Shown: piece after piece, positions 1 to 13,111 of the stretch | How positions within the stretch are numbered: position 1 is the first letter of the stretch | Layout of the letters: each line of letters starts with the position of its first letter | From: Podarcis muralis | Lineage: Eukaryota | Assembly (NCBI RefSeq): GCF_964188315.1 | Contig: NC_135667.1 | Coordinates: 25,048,001-25,112,000 of the forward strand | Length of the DNA stretch: 64,000 nucleotides | Direction: 5' to 3' | Translations under genes and position numbers: made by a program | Notes under the pieces: generated by a model | Told to the model about the DNA's origin: nothing | Databases searched by the model: none | Seen by the model: the letters and a program-made list of their open reading frames with translations, nothing else

Positions 1-444
1 TTAACCAAGTAAAACATTTTATATTGAGGTTACATTTTCTTTATCTGAGACTCACACAATAGAGTTTTCAGGTCATTCTCAGCCTCATCATTATCAAAAT
101 TATTAATAACAGCTATATGCCCCTTTTCACAGGAACTCAGAAAGTAAAAAAAGTGGATTATAGTGTTACTGTTTTCAAACCCACTCTCTGAGGTAGCTGA
201 GACTGTAAGACAGTATCTGTTCAAAGACTGTCCTGTGAGATTCATCACTGAGTAAATTTTTTAATGAATATCGCCTCACTGAAAGCCAGAAGCTCCACCA
301 CACCACATTTGTTAGAGATTTCGAACAGTAACAAAGAATAGATGTTTCCCAGGAAAATGATCTACACATCTAGAAAATTCAGCTGAACCATTTCCCCACC
401 CTTGTAGATGTGTGTACACCTTCCCACCAACCTCCCCACCTTTA

Positions 445-1446
445 TCAACTTCCATTATTTAATACTACACAGTGCATAGGTCCATTTTCCTGTTTCAGAA
501 ATCTGAGCTTAATTAAGGGGGAAGTCTTTCTCCTGGCAAGATGTTTCAGGGCCTCCTTGACTTTCTTGTTTCTCAGACTATAAATGAAAGGGTTCAGCAA
601 TGGAGTTACCACTATGTTCAGTATGCTGACTACCTTGTTCAGGTCTAAAGAGTGATTTTTTTGTGGCTGAACATACATGAAAATGCAACTCCCATAGTAG
701 AGTGTCACCACAATTAGATGAGAAGTACACGTAGAGAATGCTTTCTGTCGTCCTTTGGCTGCAGGGATCCTAAGCACTGTTCCAATGATGAAGATATAGG
801 ACAAACTTGTCACCAGTAATGAGCCCAGAAGCAGCAAAGCTGCACTTACAAAATCAATCATTTCAATTTTCCTTACATCAAAACAGGCCAGCTTGAGTAA
901 GGGGTCAACATCACAAAAGAAATGTTTAATGACATTGGGTCCACAAAATGGCAGCTGGCCTATCAGGATTGTAGGTGGTAAGACTGCAAAGAAGCCCCAC
1001 ATCCAGGAGGCAGCAATAAGCTGGAGGCAAAGGCGCATGGTCATGATGGCTGCATATCTCAGTGGGTTGCAAATGGCAAGATAGCGGTCAAACGACATGA
1101 CAGCCAAAAGGAAGAACTCACTGGAACCTGCTGAGAAGAAAATGTAGGCTTGCAAGATACAACTATGGACGGAGATGGATTTTCTCTGACTCATGAAGTT
1201 GACTAGCATTTTGGGGATAACTGTGGTGGTGTAGAGAGCCTCCAAAATAGACAAGTTGGCAATGAACATGTACATTGGGCTATGAAGGCTGTTCTCACAG
1301 CACACCAAGGTAATAATGATAAAGTTGCCTACCATAGCAACAGTGTAGGTGATGAAGAATAAAGTGAAGAGTACTGGTTCATCCACCTTAGTATCAGAGA
1401 AACCTAAGAGGATGAATTCAGTTACAATCGTTGTCTGGTTCCTCAT
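445..1446 (-). CDS. Olfactory receptor, class II, OR6 family (OR6M1-like), intact, 333 aa with extended C-terminal tail
   Basis: OR motifs LHSPMY, MSFDRYLAIC, FCGPN..HFFCD, KAFSTCTSH, PLLNPFIYSLRN; N-terminal sequon NQT; uninterrupted ORF. Confidence 0.95.
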   Translation of the reverse strand: MRNQTTIVTEFILLGFSDTKVDEPVLFTLFFITYTVAMVGNFIIITLVCCENSLHSPMYMFIANLSILEALYTTTVIPKMLVNFMSQRKSISVHSCILQAYIFFSAGSSEFFLLAVMSFDRYLAICNPLRYAAIMTMRLCLQLIAASWMWGFFAVLPPTILIGQLPFCGPNVIKHFFCDVDPLLKLACFDVRKIEMIDFVSAALLLLGSLLVTSLSYIFIIGTVLRIPAAKGRQKAFSTCTSHLIVVTLYYGSCIFMYVQPQKNHSLDLNKVVSILNIVVTPLLNPFIYSLRNKKVKEALKHLARRKTSPLIKLRFLKQENGPMHCVVLNNGS

Positions 1447-3399
1447 TGTGATGTGCTGCTGAAACAGTCACTTGAGGAAATGGAGAGATGGGTAGCAGCT
1501 GGGCAGTCAAATTCTTTTTCCACTCTGAAATTTTAGATAAGATAAGACAGGCATGAAAACTGAGTTTGAGAAGCATGGAAGAGTCCATATGGCATTCCCA
1601 GTCGGACCATGCATGGAGAAATCAATTATGCTTGTTTAAACTAAGGGAAAGGAGGGAAGAGAAAAGTATTGAAAGAACCAAAACTGGAATTCTATGTTTC
1701 ATGAATGCAAAACATTTGCCCTCTATCAAATTAAACAATAGAAATGTGCAATAAGGCCAATATTTCATTTTTAAACATAAATAAATAAAATAAAACACTT
1801 TAGAGAGTGTTAAACATGTTTATCACCCATTAATTTCAAATGCAAGACATGTGAGTAATTCCCTAAATGTTCCAGTTTAAAATCAATGGTACTGAAAAGC
1901 ACTAATTGATAACCTGACTCTTATTATTTAATTCATCCAACATGCCCCCAGCTTCTGTTTTAAACTCTTACCGTTGGAATATTTTAATAAAATAAATACA
2001 CATATTATTATCTCAGTATGTTTCACTTCTTCTACCAGTAGTGACACTGCTGGAATGAATTTTAGAACAAAACAAAGAGAATGAGGAAGCAGAGGAAAAA
2101 AGTGGATGGAACATAAACAGTGATGGCAAGAGAAGCAGAAGAGAAAATAGAACCATTCCCACCTCTCTCAGGTCTTCAGCAATAAGCCTTTATCTCTTTT
2201 CTCTACAGATGTAACTTGCACTCATAGGGTGCCAATGAAACCCCAATCTTCATTATCGGTTTCCCCTTCTTATTTTCATTGATATGTTTGTCAAAATAAA
2301 AGGTAATTCATGAAGCATAGTCTAATTAAGCTACAATTTTTTCTGCCTTGCCTCTTTCAGAGAGCTGCACGGATAAAACCGAAAACAAACATATATTTCC
2401 AAATTGCCAAAATTAAGCAATGGGTCCATCCTCAGCAATATTAATGTTTTTTTCAAGCTTCCTTCAGGTTTTCATTATCTTGGATTCTTACCACCCCCAC
2501 AGGAGAGAACTGGCTGAACATAGGTGTGTGAGAGAGCAGTTAATACTGTTTTAAAAGTTTCAGTGTAAATATTAGGTGAATGAAGAAGGCAGCAGCCTAG
2601 AACATTATAGTCCTTTATCCTTTTCTTCATGATAGAGACCAAATGAACACAGTGTTGTTTACTACAGGATATGTGGAAACAGTTATTCATCAAAGGGTAA
2701 GTATGTATCCCCAAGGAACAAATTATATCAGGCCTACCAATATATCCCTGAACCAGTTCCAAAGCACTTATTTGCAGACATTTAAAATACAGAATGAATA
2801 ATGAAATATTTTGTTTCTCTGATCACTGAATCTTCCACTGCTACAATAGGTGTATTCACACACAGAATTCAATGAGTTTAGAATTTGTGTATATAACAGG
2901 TGAGCTGTACACCTGTACAATTATTCACATGTAATGTTTAATGAGTGTTGAGTCTATATACATATTTACAAAAACTCCGTAGGGAGACAATTTGTGCCTT
3001 GGTTCAATGTAATATGTGAACAAGCCTATTGTCATCTGGCATGTTTCATTGGATTTGTGTTGGGTGTTGAACCTTTGTGGAGTTATCTACAAAATGTCTT
3101 CTAGATTCACATTTGTGTGAATCTGAATGTCTCTCATCAGGTGAAACATTTGAGGAATTTTGAGGAAAGCAAAAAAAAAAAAAAGTATTTCATTACCGCT
3201 AATGAGATTTCTTGCGGTAGATGACATAAACTACACTTTGTGGTTGAATATGGCAGTTTAAGGACACTTTCCCAGACTTATTCAAAGCGGTTAGCAAAGA
3301 GATAAAACAATAGGATCATGAAAAAAACTAGAGCCATTCTTTGAAACATGCAAAGGTTAAAATACTAAAATAGTTTAAAATCGCCTCAGTTTCCTAATC

Positions 3400-3770
3400 A
3401 TCTAGGTAGACTTGTCTGAACTAAAATGTTTTTAGCTGGCACAAAAAATAGTACAGTGAAAGCAGCTGCTTGATCTCAATAGGCAGGGAGTTCCATAGTG
3501 TAGGCACTGCTACACTAAATGATCAAGTTTTTTCTGGCACTTGTAGTAGTGCTGATTTTGCCAATCAAATTGGTTCAGTGGGCACATGTGGGGTAAGGCA
3601 ATCTCACAAGCAAACTGGTCCCACATTATTTATGGCTTTATATACTGATAGTAACAGCTTGAACTTGGACCAATAGCAAATTGTCAGCCAGTGCAGATCT
3701 CTGAGCACATGGTCCCCACTTCTGTCAGAAATCGTGCTGCAGCATTCTGCGATAACTGCAGCTTCCAGAT
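3400..3770 (-). mobile_element. Old L2-clade LINE 3' fragment
   Basis: Minus-strand translation ...DHVLRDLHWLTICYWSKFKLLLSVYKAINNVGP resembles the L2 ORF2 C-terminal LHWLP..FKxLxLxYKAL motif; degenerate, boundaries approximate. Confidence 0.6.
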
Positions 3771-5726
3771 CTAATGTTATGCATAGAATATTAAAATTAA
3801 TGACCTGTTAAAATCAATGGACATGACTAACGTATGTCCATTAATTCCAATAGGTCTACTCTCAGTAGAATTTAATACGCTACACCCCTTACTGAGGATA
3901 GTGTACGTAGAAGTGACAATATTCTAGTGTTTCTAAATGCCTCTGAAAAAGCATTTAAGAACTTTAACAAGTTTAAAAACTCTTACGTTATTTTTTCCAG
4001 GCCAATAAATGCAAGGCGAGGAACTGTGATGGGAAAAGTTACTAACAGACATCTTGGCAAGCAACTGTGCACAGAGCACACAATTCTAAATTTTAGAGTG
4101 CATTCTACCACACCACTTATTTGAGAAGTTAACTGTTTTGTTATACTGCAATAGATGCAGTATATCTCAGGGCTGCTGTATTATACGTTCCTCATGCCTT
4201 GACTTTGTACCAGGGATGGACAGTCTAATCCATATCAGTTATCCATACCCATGTGCAGAATGTTCTTACCGGGCAACCTTGCCTAGTGCTACCACTGATA
4301 TCTGATCAGCACCAAGCAGTCATTTTTGTTCTCTCAGGCATTTGGGTGCTGACATGGACATAGTGCTGTTTCTCGAAGCCATTTTAGGGGACATTCTATC
4401 AGTTTATGTAGTAATTATCATGTTTATGGGATGAACTGTGTACTTATTGAATAATCACTTTTAATGTGATAATGTGCAGTGATAAGACTCCACTTCCAAT
4501 ATCAAGGGTTATCAAGGATTCCTATCAAAAATGTACACTGTACTTCACATCTTCAAAAATGTACACTGTACTTCCATTTGCAAGCCTGAATGCTTGTACA
4601 GGGCTATGTACCAGCTGAAGTCCCGCAGAGTGTTTCACAAGCAAATTTCCTTTAGAAAAGCTGGTTATGGAGCCTCACTCCCCAAACTGCCCCCTCCCTT
4701 CAATAGGTGGATCAAGGAGAGGAAGGACACTTGAGGAGCACTCACACACCCAGCAAAGGATTGCTCACTGCATAACAGTTGTAATCCTGCAGGATATAGA
4801 TGACACTCTGAAATTGGATTTCCTCACTCACCCACCCCAGGATCAACAGCTGTGTAGGGGAAAGGACAATCTTTCAGATTCTGAGTGAGGCTTTGCCAAT
4901 GGCTTTCCTAAAAGAAAGCTTCTTGTGAAGCATGGCACATCCACACCAGACTGAATGCTCAATTGTTGGGTCAATCCTGGGGTGGGAGTTGAGGTTGGAA
5001 ACCACAAAACTAGAAGGGATGTAATGGAGTACCCTGGAATGGGATATGTCTGACTAGCTGGCTGGCACCTTAAACAGAAACATTCCACACCAAAATATTT
5101 TGCTGCAGATTCCATTTAATAGAGACAAATGACTGTCTCTCTACAACAGAGTACTAGTTGACTATGCAAAAGAAAATTGTGGCTTAATTCTTCAACGTTT
5201 GCAATTAGAAATCGTCATAAATAACTTCAAGTATTTCACAACTGGCTTCAGCATGACCAAAAAATTCCCCAGAAAATATTTGTGGAATATATTGCTGCTG
5301 GAGATCTATAAATTCAAATATAAAGTACCAGTCAAAACATTAAACAAAACTCAGAAATGCAACTATATAATTGTAATTAGCCAAGTGAAACAGTTTCTTT
5401 GAGGATTTATTTTCCACATCTAACACTCACAGAATAATTTTCAGGTTTGTTGTAATATATATTATTAATAACAATGATATTGGTTTTCTGCTGCTTTCCA
5501 AAGGAGCTCAGGAAACCACAAAATTGTGAGAATGTGTGACCCTGGGTGAGAATGTTCAATCTGGTCTTCTCAGTAAAAACTACAAACTCAACCCCACCCA
5601 CTACTAAAAGTTTTAAAGCTGTAATAAAGTGTTTTTTTTTTGTGTTTTTTTACCAATAGTCCCCATTTACTTTCATTGTTAATTAACACTACATAGTGTA
5701 GGGAAACTTTCCCCTGTTTCCAGGAC

Positions 5727-6671
5727 TCAGCAATTAATTAAAGGGAAAATCTTTCTTCTGGTTAAATGTCGCAGGGCCTCTTTCACTTTCTTGTTTCTCA
5801 GACTATAAATGAAAGGATTCAGTAATGGAGTTATCACTGTGTTCAGTATGCTGGCTACCTTGTTGAGGTCCAATGAGTGGTTTTTTTGTGGCTGAACATA
5901 AATGAAAATAGAACTCCCATAGAACAGTGTCACCACAATTAGGTGAGAGGCACATGTAGAGAATGCTTTCTGTCGTCCTTTTGCTGAGGGGATCCTAAGC
6001 ACTGTTCCAATAATGGATATATAGGACACACTCGTCAACAGTAATGAGCCTAGGAGGAGCAAAGCTGAATTGACAAAATTAATCATTTCAATTTTCCTTA
6101 CATCAGAGCTGGCCAGCTTGAGAATTGGGTCAACATCACAAAAGAAATGGTTGATAGAATTGGGTCCACAAAATGGCAGCTGGCTTACCAGGATTGTAGG
6201 TGGTAGGACTGCAAAGAAGCCCCACATCCAGGAGGCAGCAATAAGCAGGAGGCAAAGTCTCAAGGTCATGATGGCTGTATATCTCAATGGGTTGCAAATG
6301 GCAAGATAGCGGTCGAATGACATGACAGCCAGAAGGAAGAACTCACTGGAACCTGCTGAGAAATAGATGTAGACCTGCAAAATGCAACTATGGAAGGCGA
6401 TAGATTTTCTCTGACTCATGAAGTTGACTAGCATTTTGGGGATAACCGCGGTGGTGTACAGAGTCTCTAAAAATGACAGGTTAGCAATAAACATGTACAT
6501 TGGGCTGTGAAGAGTCCTCTCACACCACACCAAGGCAATAATGATAAAGTTGCCTACCAAAGCAAAAACATAGCTGATGAAGAATAAAGTGAAGAGTACA
6601 AGTTCAACCCTTTTAGTTCCAGCGAATCCTAATAGGATGAATTCAGTCACATTCCTTGTCTGGTTCCTCAT
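5727..6671 (-). CDS. Olfactory receptor, OR6M1-like paralog, intact, 314 aa (C-tail shortened by a premature stop)
   Basis: All OR motifs present (LHSPMY, MSFDRY, KAFSTCASH, PLLNPFIY); close paralog of 445-1446 and 27379-28386. Confidence 0.95.
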   Translation of the reverse strand: MRNQTRNVTEFILLGFAGTKRVELVLFTLFFISYVFALVGNFIIIALVWCERTLHSPMYMFIANLSFLETLYTTAVIPKMLVNFMSQRKSIAFHSCILQVYIYFSAGSSEFFLLAVMSFDRYLAICNPLRYTAIMTLRLCLLLIAASWMWGFFAVLPPTILVSQLPFCGPNSINHFFCDVDPILKLASSDVRKIEMINFVNSALLLLGSLLLTSVSYISIIGTVLRIPSAKGRQKAFSTCASHLIVVTLFYGSSIFIYVQPQKNHSLDLNKVASILNTVITPLLNPFIYSLRNKKVKEALRHLTRRKIFPLINC

Positions 6672-7485
6672 TGTAATGTGCAGCTGAAAGAGTCACTTGG
6701 GATAGTGGAGGTACAGGTATTGGTCATACCAATTCTTCTTCTGCTGTGATAATTCTGGATTATGTAAGAAAGGTATAGAAACCATGAGCCAGAGAAGGAC
6801 AAAACTTCCCACATGCCTGTTTCTGTGAGATAATGCATGGAGCTATACATGAGAAACATCAGCTGTTTTTGTTTAAATCAAGGGAAGAAATGGACCATGA
6901 GAAATTGAAAAAAATACAAGATATTAGGACTGAAATACTACTTTTCATAGATTGAAAACTAAGCCCTTTCTTGTACTAAACTGAATAAATGATGAAATAA
7001 AGAAAAGTTTCATTAAAAAACTTTTTAAAAGCTTTATAGACAATAAAAATGTTTATCTCCTACAAATTTCAAAAGGGGGAAGCATAAGCAACCTCCTAAA
7101 TAAGTTTGAAACTAGTACACACAAGTTCTTACCTTCAAGCTTAATATTTAATTTAACTGTTTGAAATTGTTACTGTTGAAATATTTTAATAAATAATGAA
7201 CCATATCTGATGCTGCTGCTTTGGCAGCACTGCAGACTTCCCCAATGCCACAGAACCTTCCCCTCCTCTCCTCTGTAGTGTCTCCTGCATTCTCGATATC
7301 TGCTCCAGAGAGGAGGAAGACCAGTTGGAGCAGATTAAAGAATACATAGAGAAGACAGGAATGAAAGTTGAGTTGTTCAAATTGAAGCATTACTCAAAAC
7401 TCTATATTTAGGTATATTGTTATGGAACAGGCTCCCCTCCCCAGCTTGAGGTTTTTTGTTTTTTGTTTTACTTCTTTTGGCAGTA

Positions 7486-7711
7486 TAGTGGTACCTTGGG
7501 TTAAAGACACTTCAGGTTACAGACTCCACTAACCCAGAAATAGTACCTTGGGTTAAGAACTTTGCTTCAGGATGAGAACAGAAATCATGCTCCGGCGGTG
7601 TAGCAGCAGCAGGAAGCCCCATTAGCTAAAGTGGTGCTTCAGGTTAAGAAAAGTTTCAGATTAAGAACGGACCTTCGGAACAAATTAAGTTCTTAACCCA
7701 AGGTACCACTG
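7486..7711. mobile_element. Tc1/mariner (Tigger/pogo-like) MITE
   Basis: Terminal inverted repeats (t)agtggtaccttggg ... cccaaggtaccactg, flanked by TA on both sides; same family as 31049-31306. Confidence 0.8.
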
Positions 7712-10236
7712 TACTTAATACCCTTTTAATTTTTTAAAAGTTGCAGTTTAAATATTATAAGAATTAAGCAGCCACAAACCTGTGTCATGCCCCACTCTTC
7801 TTTTCTTAATGATAGAGACTGAACTAGTACAACTCTGTTTCCTACAGAATATATGGAAAAAAATTGTTCATCATTCAGCAGGTATGCATCCCAAAGGATC
7901 AAACTATGGCAACACTTTCCTGAGTCAATTCCAAAGCACCTTTATGCAGAACTTTAAGAGTTCTCTGACCTCAGATTCAATGTCCTAACATAAAGTATAA
8001 TGCTCCTCCCATCGCTAAAAATCAGGCTGATCTCACATTACATTTAATGTGTGTAGAACATAAGAATTTGAGTTATGCACTTGTTCTGTTATTCTCATGT
8101 AATGCTTATTGAGTGCAGAGCATGTCCTCCTGTGTAGACAATTGTTGAGCCATATAAATCAACAAGGGCACACTCTTAAACACAATGCGGTATAGAGACA
8201 ACCTGTCCACAAGCCTATTGTCATGTGGGGTAGTATTGGGTGTTGCCCTTTGGCTGGGTAACCTCCAATATGACCCCTTTTGTAGAATTTGGATGTCTCT
8301 CCTCAGGTGAAACATGTGAGGAACTTTGAGAAAAGCTCCAGGTATTTCATTGCAACCAACAGATGTGCCAACTCTAGGGGGCCAATGTGTCTCCAGCTCC
8401 CTCAATCTTTATTGGAAAGGGCACCTCAATGTTGAGGGGATCAGACACAGTGCACATGCATGACGTCACAGGTGTTGCACATTGCGTCATAGTTTCCAGA
8501 ACACTCAACCTACTCCAGATGTTGTGATGTCCTGCATGCTGCTTGTGTGACACCACACGTGTGTGATGCACAACGTGTGTGATGTCACATACATGCAGTG
8601 TGTTTTAGGCCCCCTCAATCTTGCGGGCAACCTGGAACCTCTGACAAATAATCTGATTCCCTGAAGAGAGATTACACAGCCCACAATGTAGTGGTGGAAT
8701 AGTGTAGTTTTTTCTTCCAAGCCCCTACAAGTGCAATGACACTCCATTGGGGTCAGGGAAGCACCCAACACTCCTCTATGGGATTGCCTAGTGTTGACCA
8801 CTGGGAGGGTGCAAGCCAAGCTACCAGGGTGTCACTGGGCAGCTAGGGGAAGAGATTCCAGAGTGGCAGAGGCTCTAACCTGAGTTTAGTACATGGCTCA
8901 GGCCCCTTATGGGGGCCCTTATTCTATGCTGATCAAGCCCACTCCATTTCCTCCAAATTATACAGAACTTCAGAAACTCCTAACAATATTAAGCCTTTTT
9001 TTTTAACTTAGGGAAAGGCAAAAAACAGTAACAATTAATGAAGGCCAAGAATTTGAAGCTCAGTGCAAAGAAAGAGACACTGTTTGGAGGGGGTTCCTCA
9101 GTTTGTTTTGGTAGGGTACATCCTTTTCTGTATGGGGTCACCCTCCCCCTGAAGTTGCAGTTGTGCTCCTTACAGGTACACCTGGATCAATTACTGTCCT
9201 TAGATGCACAAATGGCATCTGTTTTGTGGAGTGCTTTCTGGATGGACATAGATTGACTTCAATGTTCTGTACTCTGATAAACCCTAGGCTAGATTACAGC
9301 AGCTGCATTATACACGAAACTGCCTTTAAACTTAAGAGTATATGAAGCATGTGCTGGATAAGGCCAAAGTCCTATTTGTCTAACATTTTGTTCTCCCAGT
9401 GGCCAAGCAGATGCCCATGGGAAGCTCACAAGCAGAAACTGAGCACAGAGCACTCCCTGGTCTGTGATTCCCAGCCAAAGGCATATAGTCTCTGATAGTG
9501 AAGACCATTGACAGTGTAGACGCTGCAGCTAGTGCATAATAAAGCAGGTGGATTTACTTTCTTTTTCTTTTTTCTTCAAATCACTTTTGAAAGAGCTGGC
9601 AGATTTCTAAACAGAGAAGCTGCATCAAACTCCTCAAAAGTCACGACACACCCTTGTTGCAAGCTACCTAACACTGTATGTGACCAACTAGCACAAACAC
9701 AATGCATACCCTGATACACTTTCAGCAAGAAAAGAATGAAATGAGAATCAAATTTGGAGAAGCAATCATGTAATTGGTCCACTGATGCAGTTTCCTTACA
9801 TAATGATACCTCTGAAATCTTTCTAGGAAGAGCTAAAGCAGTTGCAGTTGAAGACCCAAGAGATGTTATGGTCTCTTGCTAAAATAAATTTAGGCAACAG
9901 CTTCAGAGACCACTTGGGGAAGCCAGAGTTGACTGCATTTTCTCACAGAAGTAGGCTAATTTTCTCTCCTGCTTATTACAGTACCAGTGATCACATCAAA
10001 GCTGTAAGTACATTAGATTTTCAAAGGTCTTGGTGAAGTAGAATCTCAGATCTTGGATACATCAGGTATTTATGGTGCACTTATTTAATTTCATTTAACA
10101 TGTATCAATTCAAGAGTTTCAGCCTTGCTTCTCACACAATGTTATGGCAACTAAAGTGAAGCATTTTATTTTAATGGCAGATTTCAGGTATTCCCATTGA
10201 CGTTATGGGACTTCAATTTGCTTCCTTCAGACTGGA

Positions 10237-10240
<4 letters not shown>

Positions 10241-10285
<45 letters not shown>
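10241..10285. repeat. (CT)n microsatellite
   Basis: About 22 perfect CT units. Confidence 0.95.
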
Positions 10286-10288
<3 letters not shown>

Positions 10289-11570
10289 TAGCTAGCTAGC
10301 TATCATCTTAATTCTGCTACTTAAACACATTTAGTGTGAAAGCCACAGAAAGTCCTGTGAGATTGGGCAATGGCTTTTAGATTCAATAATTCATTAAAAA
10401 TGATTGGACAAACAATGAGTGCAGGTCAACATACCAATTGAAACATCTAGGTACAGATGCATTGTACTGCTAAATAATACATTGAGGGACATAACATATA
10501 GGATGAACAGCAAATTTTCATATGTGTTGAATATATTTTTGTTTTGTTTTGGGGAAAACTAGGCTTGTCTGCTGCATAATTGCCTTCCAAAGAAGGTACA
10601 TATCCTTCTCTAAAAGGTATTGGACCACTTCTAATTGCTTCTTTGTTGAATTCTTTGTTGTTGTTCTAAATAGTCACATCTTAATGGACACAATCCCACT
10701 GACTCCAGTGTCAACACAGAAAAGCAAAGTGGGAGAGCTGCTGTGCAGCCCCTTAAATGGAATCCATCTGTCTCTTCTATAACTCAAGAAACATGGTGGT
10801 GGTGGTGGTTAATTTATTCCCCACCCATCTGGCTTGGTTTTGCCAGTCACTCTGGGCGGCTCCCAGCAGAACAGTAAAAACAATATTATAATAAGGATTT
10901 TTGTTATATATCAGCCTATTCCTAATAATGAAGAGCAGGGAGGTGGGGAGGTGAAGAGAGATACATAGATGTGCAGATTAGAAGAACAGCATGGAAAGCA
11001 GAGTGTGATTAAAATGGAAGCAAAAGTATAGAAGTTATCATTTGATAGATGTAATCTGCATATGGTTGGAAACTATTGAGCCCAACTTACCCCCTCAGTG
11101 TTTTTATTATTGACATGAATGTTGCTGGACAGCAGGTAATATTAGCCTTCTTATGGATGAGAATTTTTTTTAATACTTTTTAGCATGATGGTAGTAAATT
11201 CTTTCTGCAGAGTTTCTGGCATTCAGAGTAGACAATATTAAACTTGATGGATAAACATAAGATCACAGGAGGGCATAAGAAGGCACTGCTGAATCAGGCT
11301 CATGGCCAGTCAAGCCCAGTATTCTGCTTTCCAGTCACAGCAGACAAGCAGGTGCCTACAGGAAGTCCCAAAGCAGGACACAGATAAGATTTTTTAGGAC
11401 CAAATTTAAGTTCCTGAAATTTTTCACGAGGTAAAGTGACCAAAAATAGAATCACCCATACGCTTTGAACATTGCGAAGAAATAAAGTGATAACCAAATG
11501 AAAATGTGGATAAAATGAAATTAAAAAAATATTATTTCCTCCCTCCAGATATTTGTCACAAGTCTTCAGA

Positions 11571-12521
11571 ATGGCAGTGGATAACTTCACAAGCAGAGTT
11601 ACAGAATTTGTATTAGTAGGAATGTCACAAAATTCAGAATTTGAACAGTTTTTATTTTTTCTGTTCCTGACAGTTTATATAGCTACTTGGTTAGGGAATG
11701 TCACCATTATAATCACTGTAATATCAGACCACCATCTCCACATGCCCTTATATTTTTTACTGGCCAACTTGGCTTTTCTGGATGTTAGTGAATCTACAGT
11801 AACTGCACCTAAATTGCTGCAAGTGCTCTTTTCCCAGAACAAAACCATCTCTTTCCATGGATGTTTGACACAGATTTTCTTTTTTCACTTCATTGGGGGT
11901 ACAGTCGTTTTCTCTCTTGCAATGATGGCAGTTGATCGATATCTAGCTATTCACAAGCCATTGCAGTACATGATCATCATGAACAAGAAAACCTGCTTTG
12001 GGATCATTTTGTGTGCATGGCTAGGTGGCTCCATTCACTCCATGGTCCAGGTAGCACTGATCCTGCAGTTACCATTCTGTGGTCCCAACATATTGGATAA
12101 TTTCTACTGCGATGTTCCACAGGTGGTCAAATTGGCCTGCACAGACATCTATACCGTTGAACTACTTATGGTCTCCAACAATGGACTTGTTGTGACAGGA
12201 ACCTTCATTGCTTTGCTCATTTCATACAGCATCATCTTGTTCAAGATACGAAATCACGTCTCAGAAGGGAAGCACAAAGCTCTTTCAACATGTGCAGCCC
12301 AGATCACAGTAGTGAGTTTACACTTCATCCCATGTATCTATATTTATGACCAGCCCTTCAAGAAATTTACAGCGGATAAGGTGGTCTCCATTCTCTACAC
12401 AGTTATCAGCCCAGTGCTGAATCCAATCATTTACACATTAAGAAATACAGAGATGAAAAATGCTATAAGGAGGCTAGTGAGGAAAGTGCTGAGGTTTTAT
12501 CAGAAAGATTCAAAACTGTAA
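11571..12521 (+). CDS. Olfactory receptor, OR4D5-like, intact, 316 aa
   Basis: First ATG at 11571 (MAVDNFTS), after acceptor ttcctccctccag at 11548; motifs LTQIFFFHFIGG, MAVDRY, DNFYCDVPQ, ELLMVSNNGL, PVLNPIIYTLRN. The ORF-track start at 11553 is a TTG. Confidence 0.93.
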   Translation: MAVDNFTSRVTEFVLVGMSQNSEFEQFLFFLFLTVYIATWLGNVTIIITVISDHHLHMPLYFLLANLAFLDVSESTVTAPKLLQVLFSQNKTISFHGCLTQIFFFHFIGGTVVFSLAMMAVDRYLAIHKPLQYMIIMNKKTCFGIILCAWLGGSIHSMVQVALILQLPFCGPNILDNFYCDVPQVVKLACTDIYTVELLMVSNNGLVVTGTFIALLISYSIILFKIRNHVSEGKHKALSTCAAQITVVSLHFIPCIYIYDQPFKKFTADKVVSILYTVISPVLNPIIYTLRNTEMKNAIRRLVRKVLRFYQKDSKL

Positions 12522-12976
12522 ATGTTATTTAAATGTATATTGATTCTTATTTAAGCATCCTTATATATTGCTTTAAACTTACTTAGTGATGAAATTACCA
12601 AAAAATTAAAAATATTATATTATATTATTAGTTTCTGCCAAATGCCCAGGAAAAGAGAACTGCATTTACCTGGTACTGAAATGATGAGAAGTGGGGTTTT
12701 CTGCGGAAAGCATTCTTTTTTAAAAATGAGATATGACTACAAAAAGGGCCTGTTCTCTTGTCACCACCTTCTGGACCTACCTCAACAGTGGCACAAAGAG
12801 AAGCGTTTCTCATGATGATGTCACAGTCCAAGTAGTTTTACATAGGGAAAGTCGGTGCTTGGGGTCCTGGGCCACATAAGGCTTTTAATATCTAAACACC
12901 TCAAATTTGGCATGGAAACAAATGGGCTGCCAGTGTATATTCAGGCTGTAAACTATATTTACGGTTAAGGACATAA

Positions 12977-13111
12977 NNNNNNNNNNNNNNNNNNNNNNNN
13001 NNNNNNNNNNNNNNNNNNNNNNNNNNNNNNNNNNNNNNNNNNNNNNNNNNNNNNNNNNNNNNNNNNNNNNNNNNNNNNNNNNNNNNNNNNNNNNNNNNNN
13101 NNNNNNNNNNN
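12977..13111. other. Assembly gap (N run)
   Basis: 135 N; the paralogous position in copy B is an (ATT)n tract plus LINE tail. Confidence 0.99.

Noticed and set aside
232-267. gtcctgtgagatt shared with ~10332, plus a 12/13 match to AACTTTTTAATGA at 255-267 (possible OR enhancer)
   Set aside because: Shared 13-mers and such matches are expected by chance in 64 kb of AT-rich DNA; no wider homology seen
893-1084. Recurrent plus-strand ORFs antisense to OR genes (also 6070, 33655, 42097, 47415)
   Set aside because: Their similarity follows from conservation of the OR sense strand; no independent coding signal
4506-4560. Short tandem duplications (also ~32520-32578 and ~14405-14480) superficially resembling repeat-spacer arrays
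   Set aside because: Two-copy slippage duplications; eukaryotic locus with no CRISPR architecture
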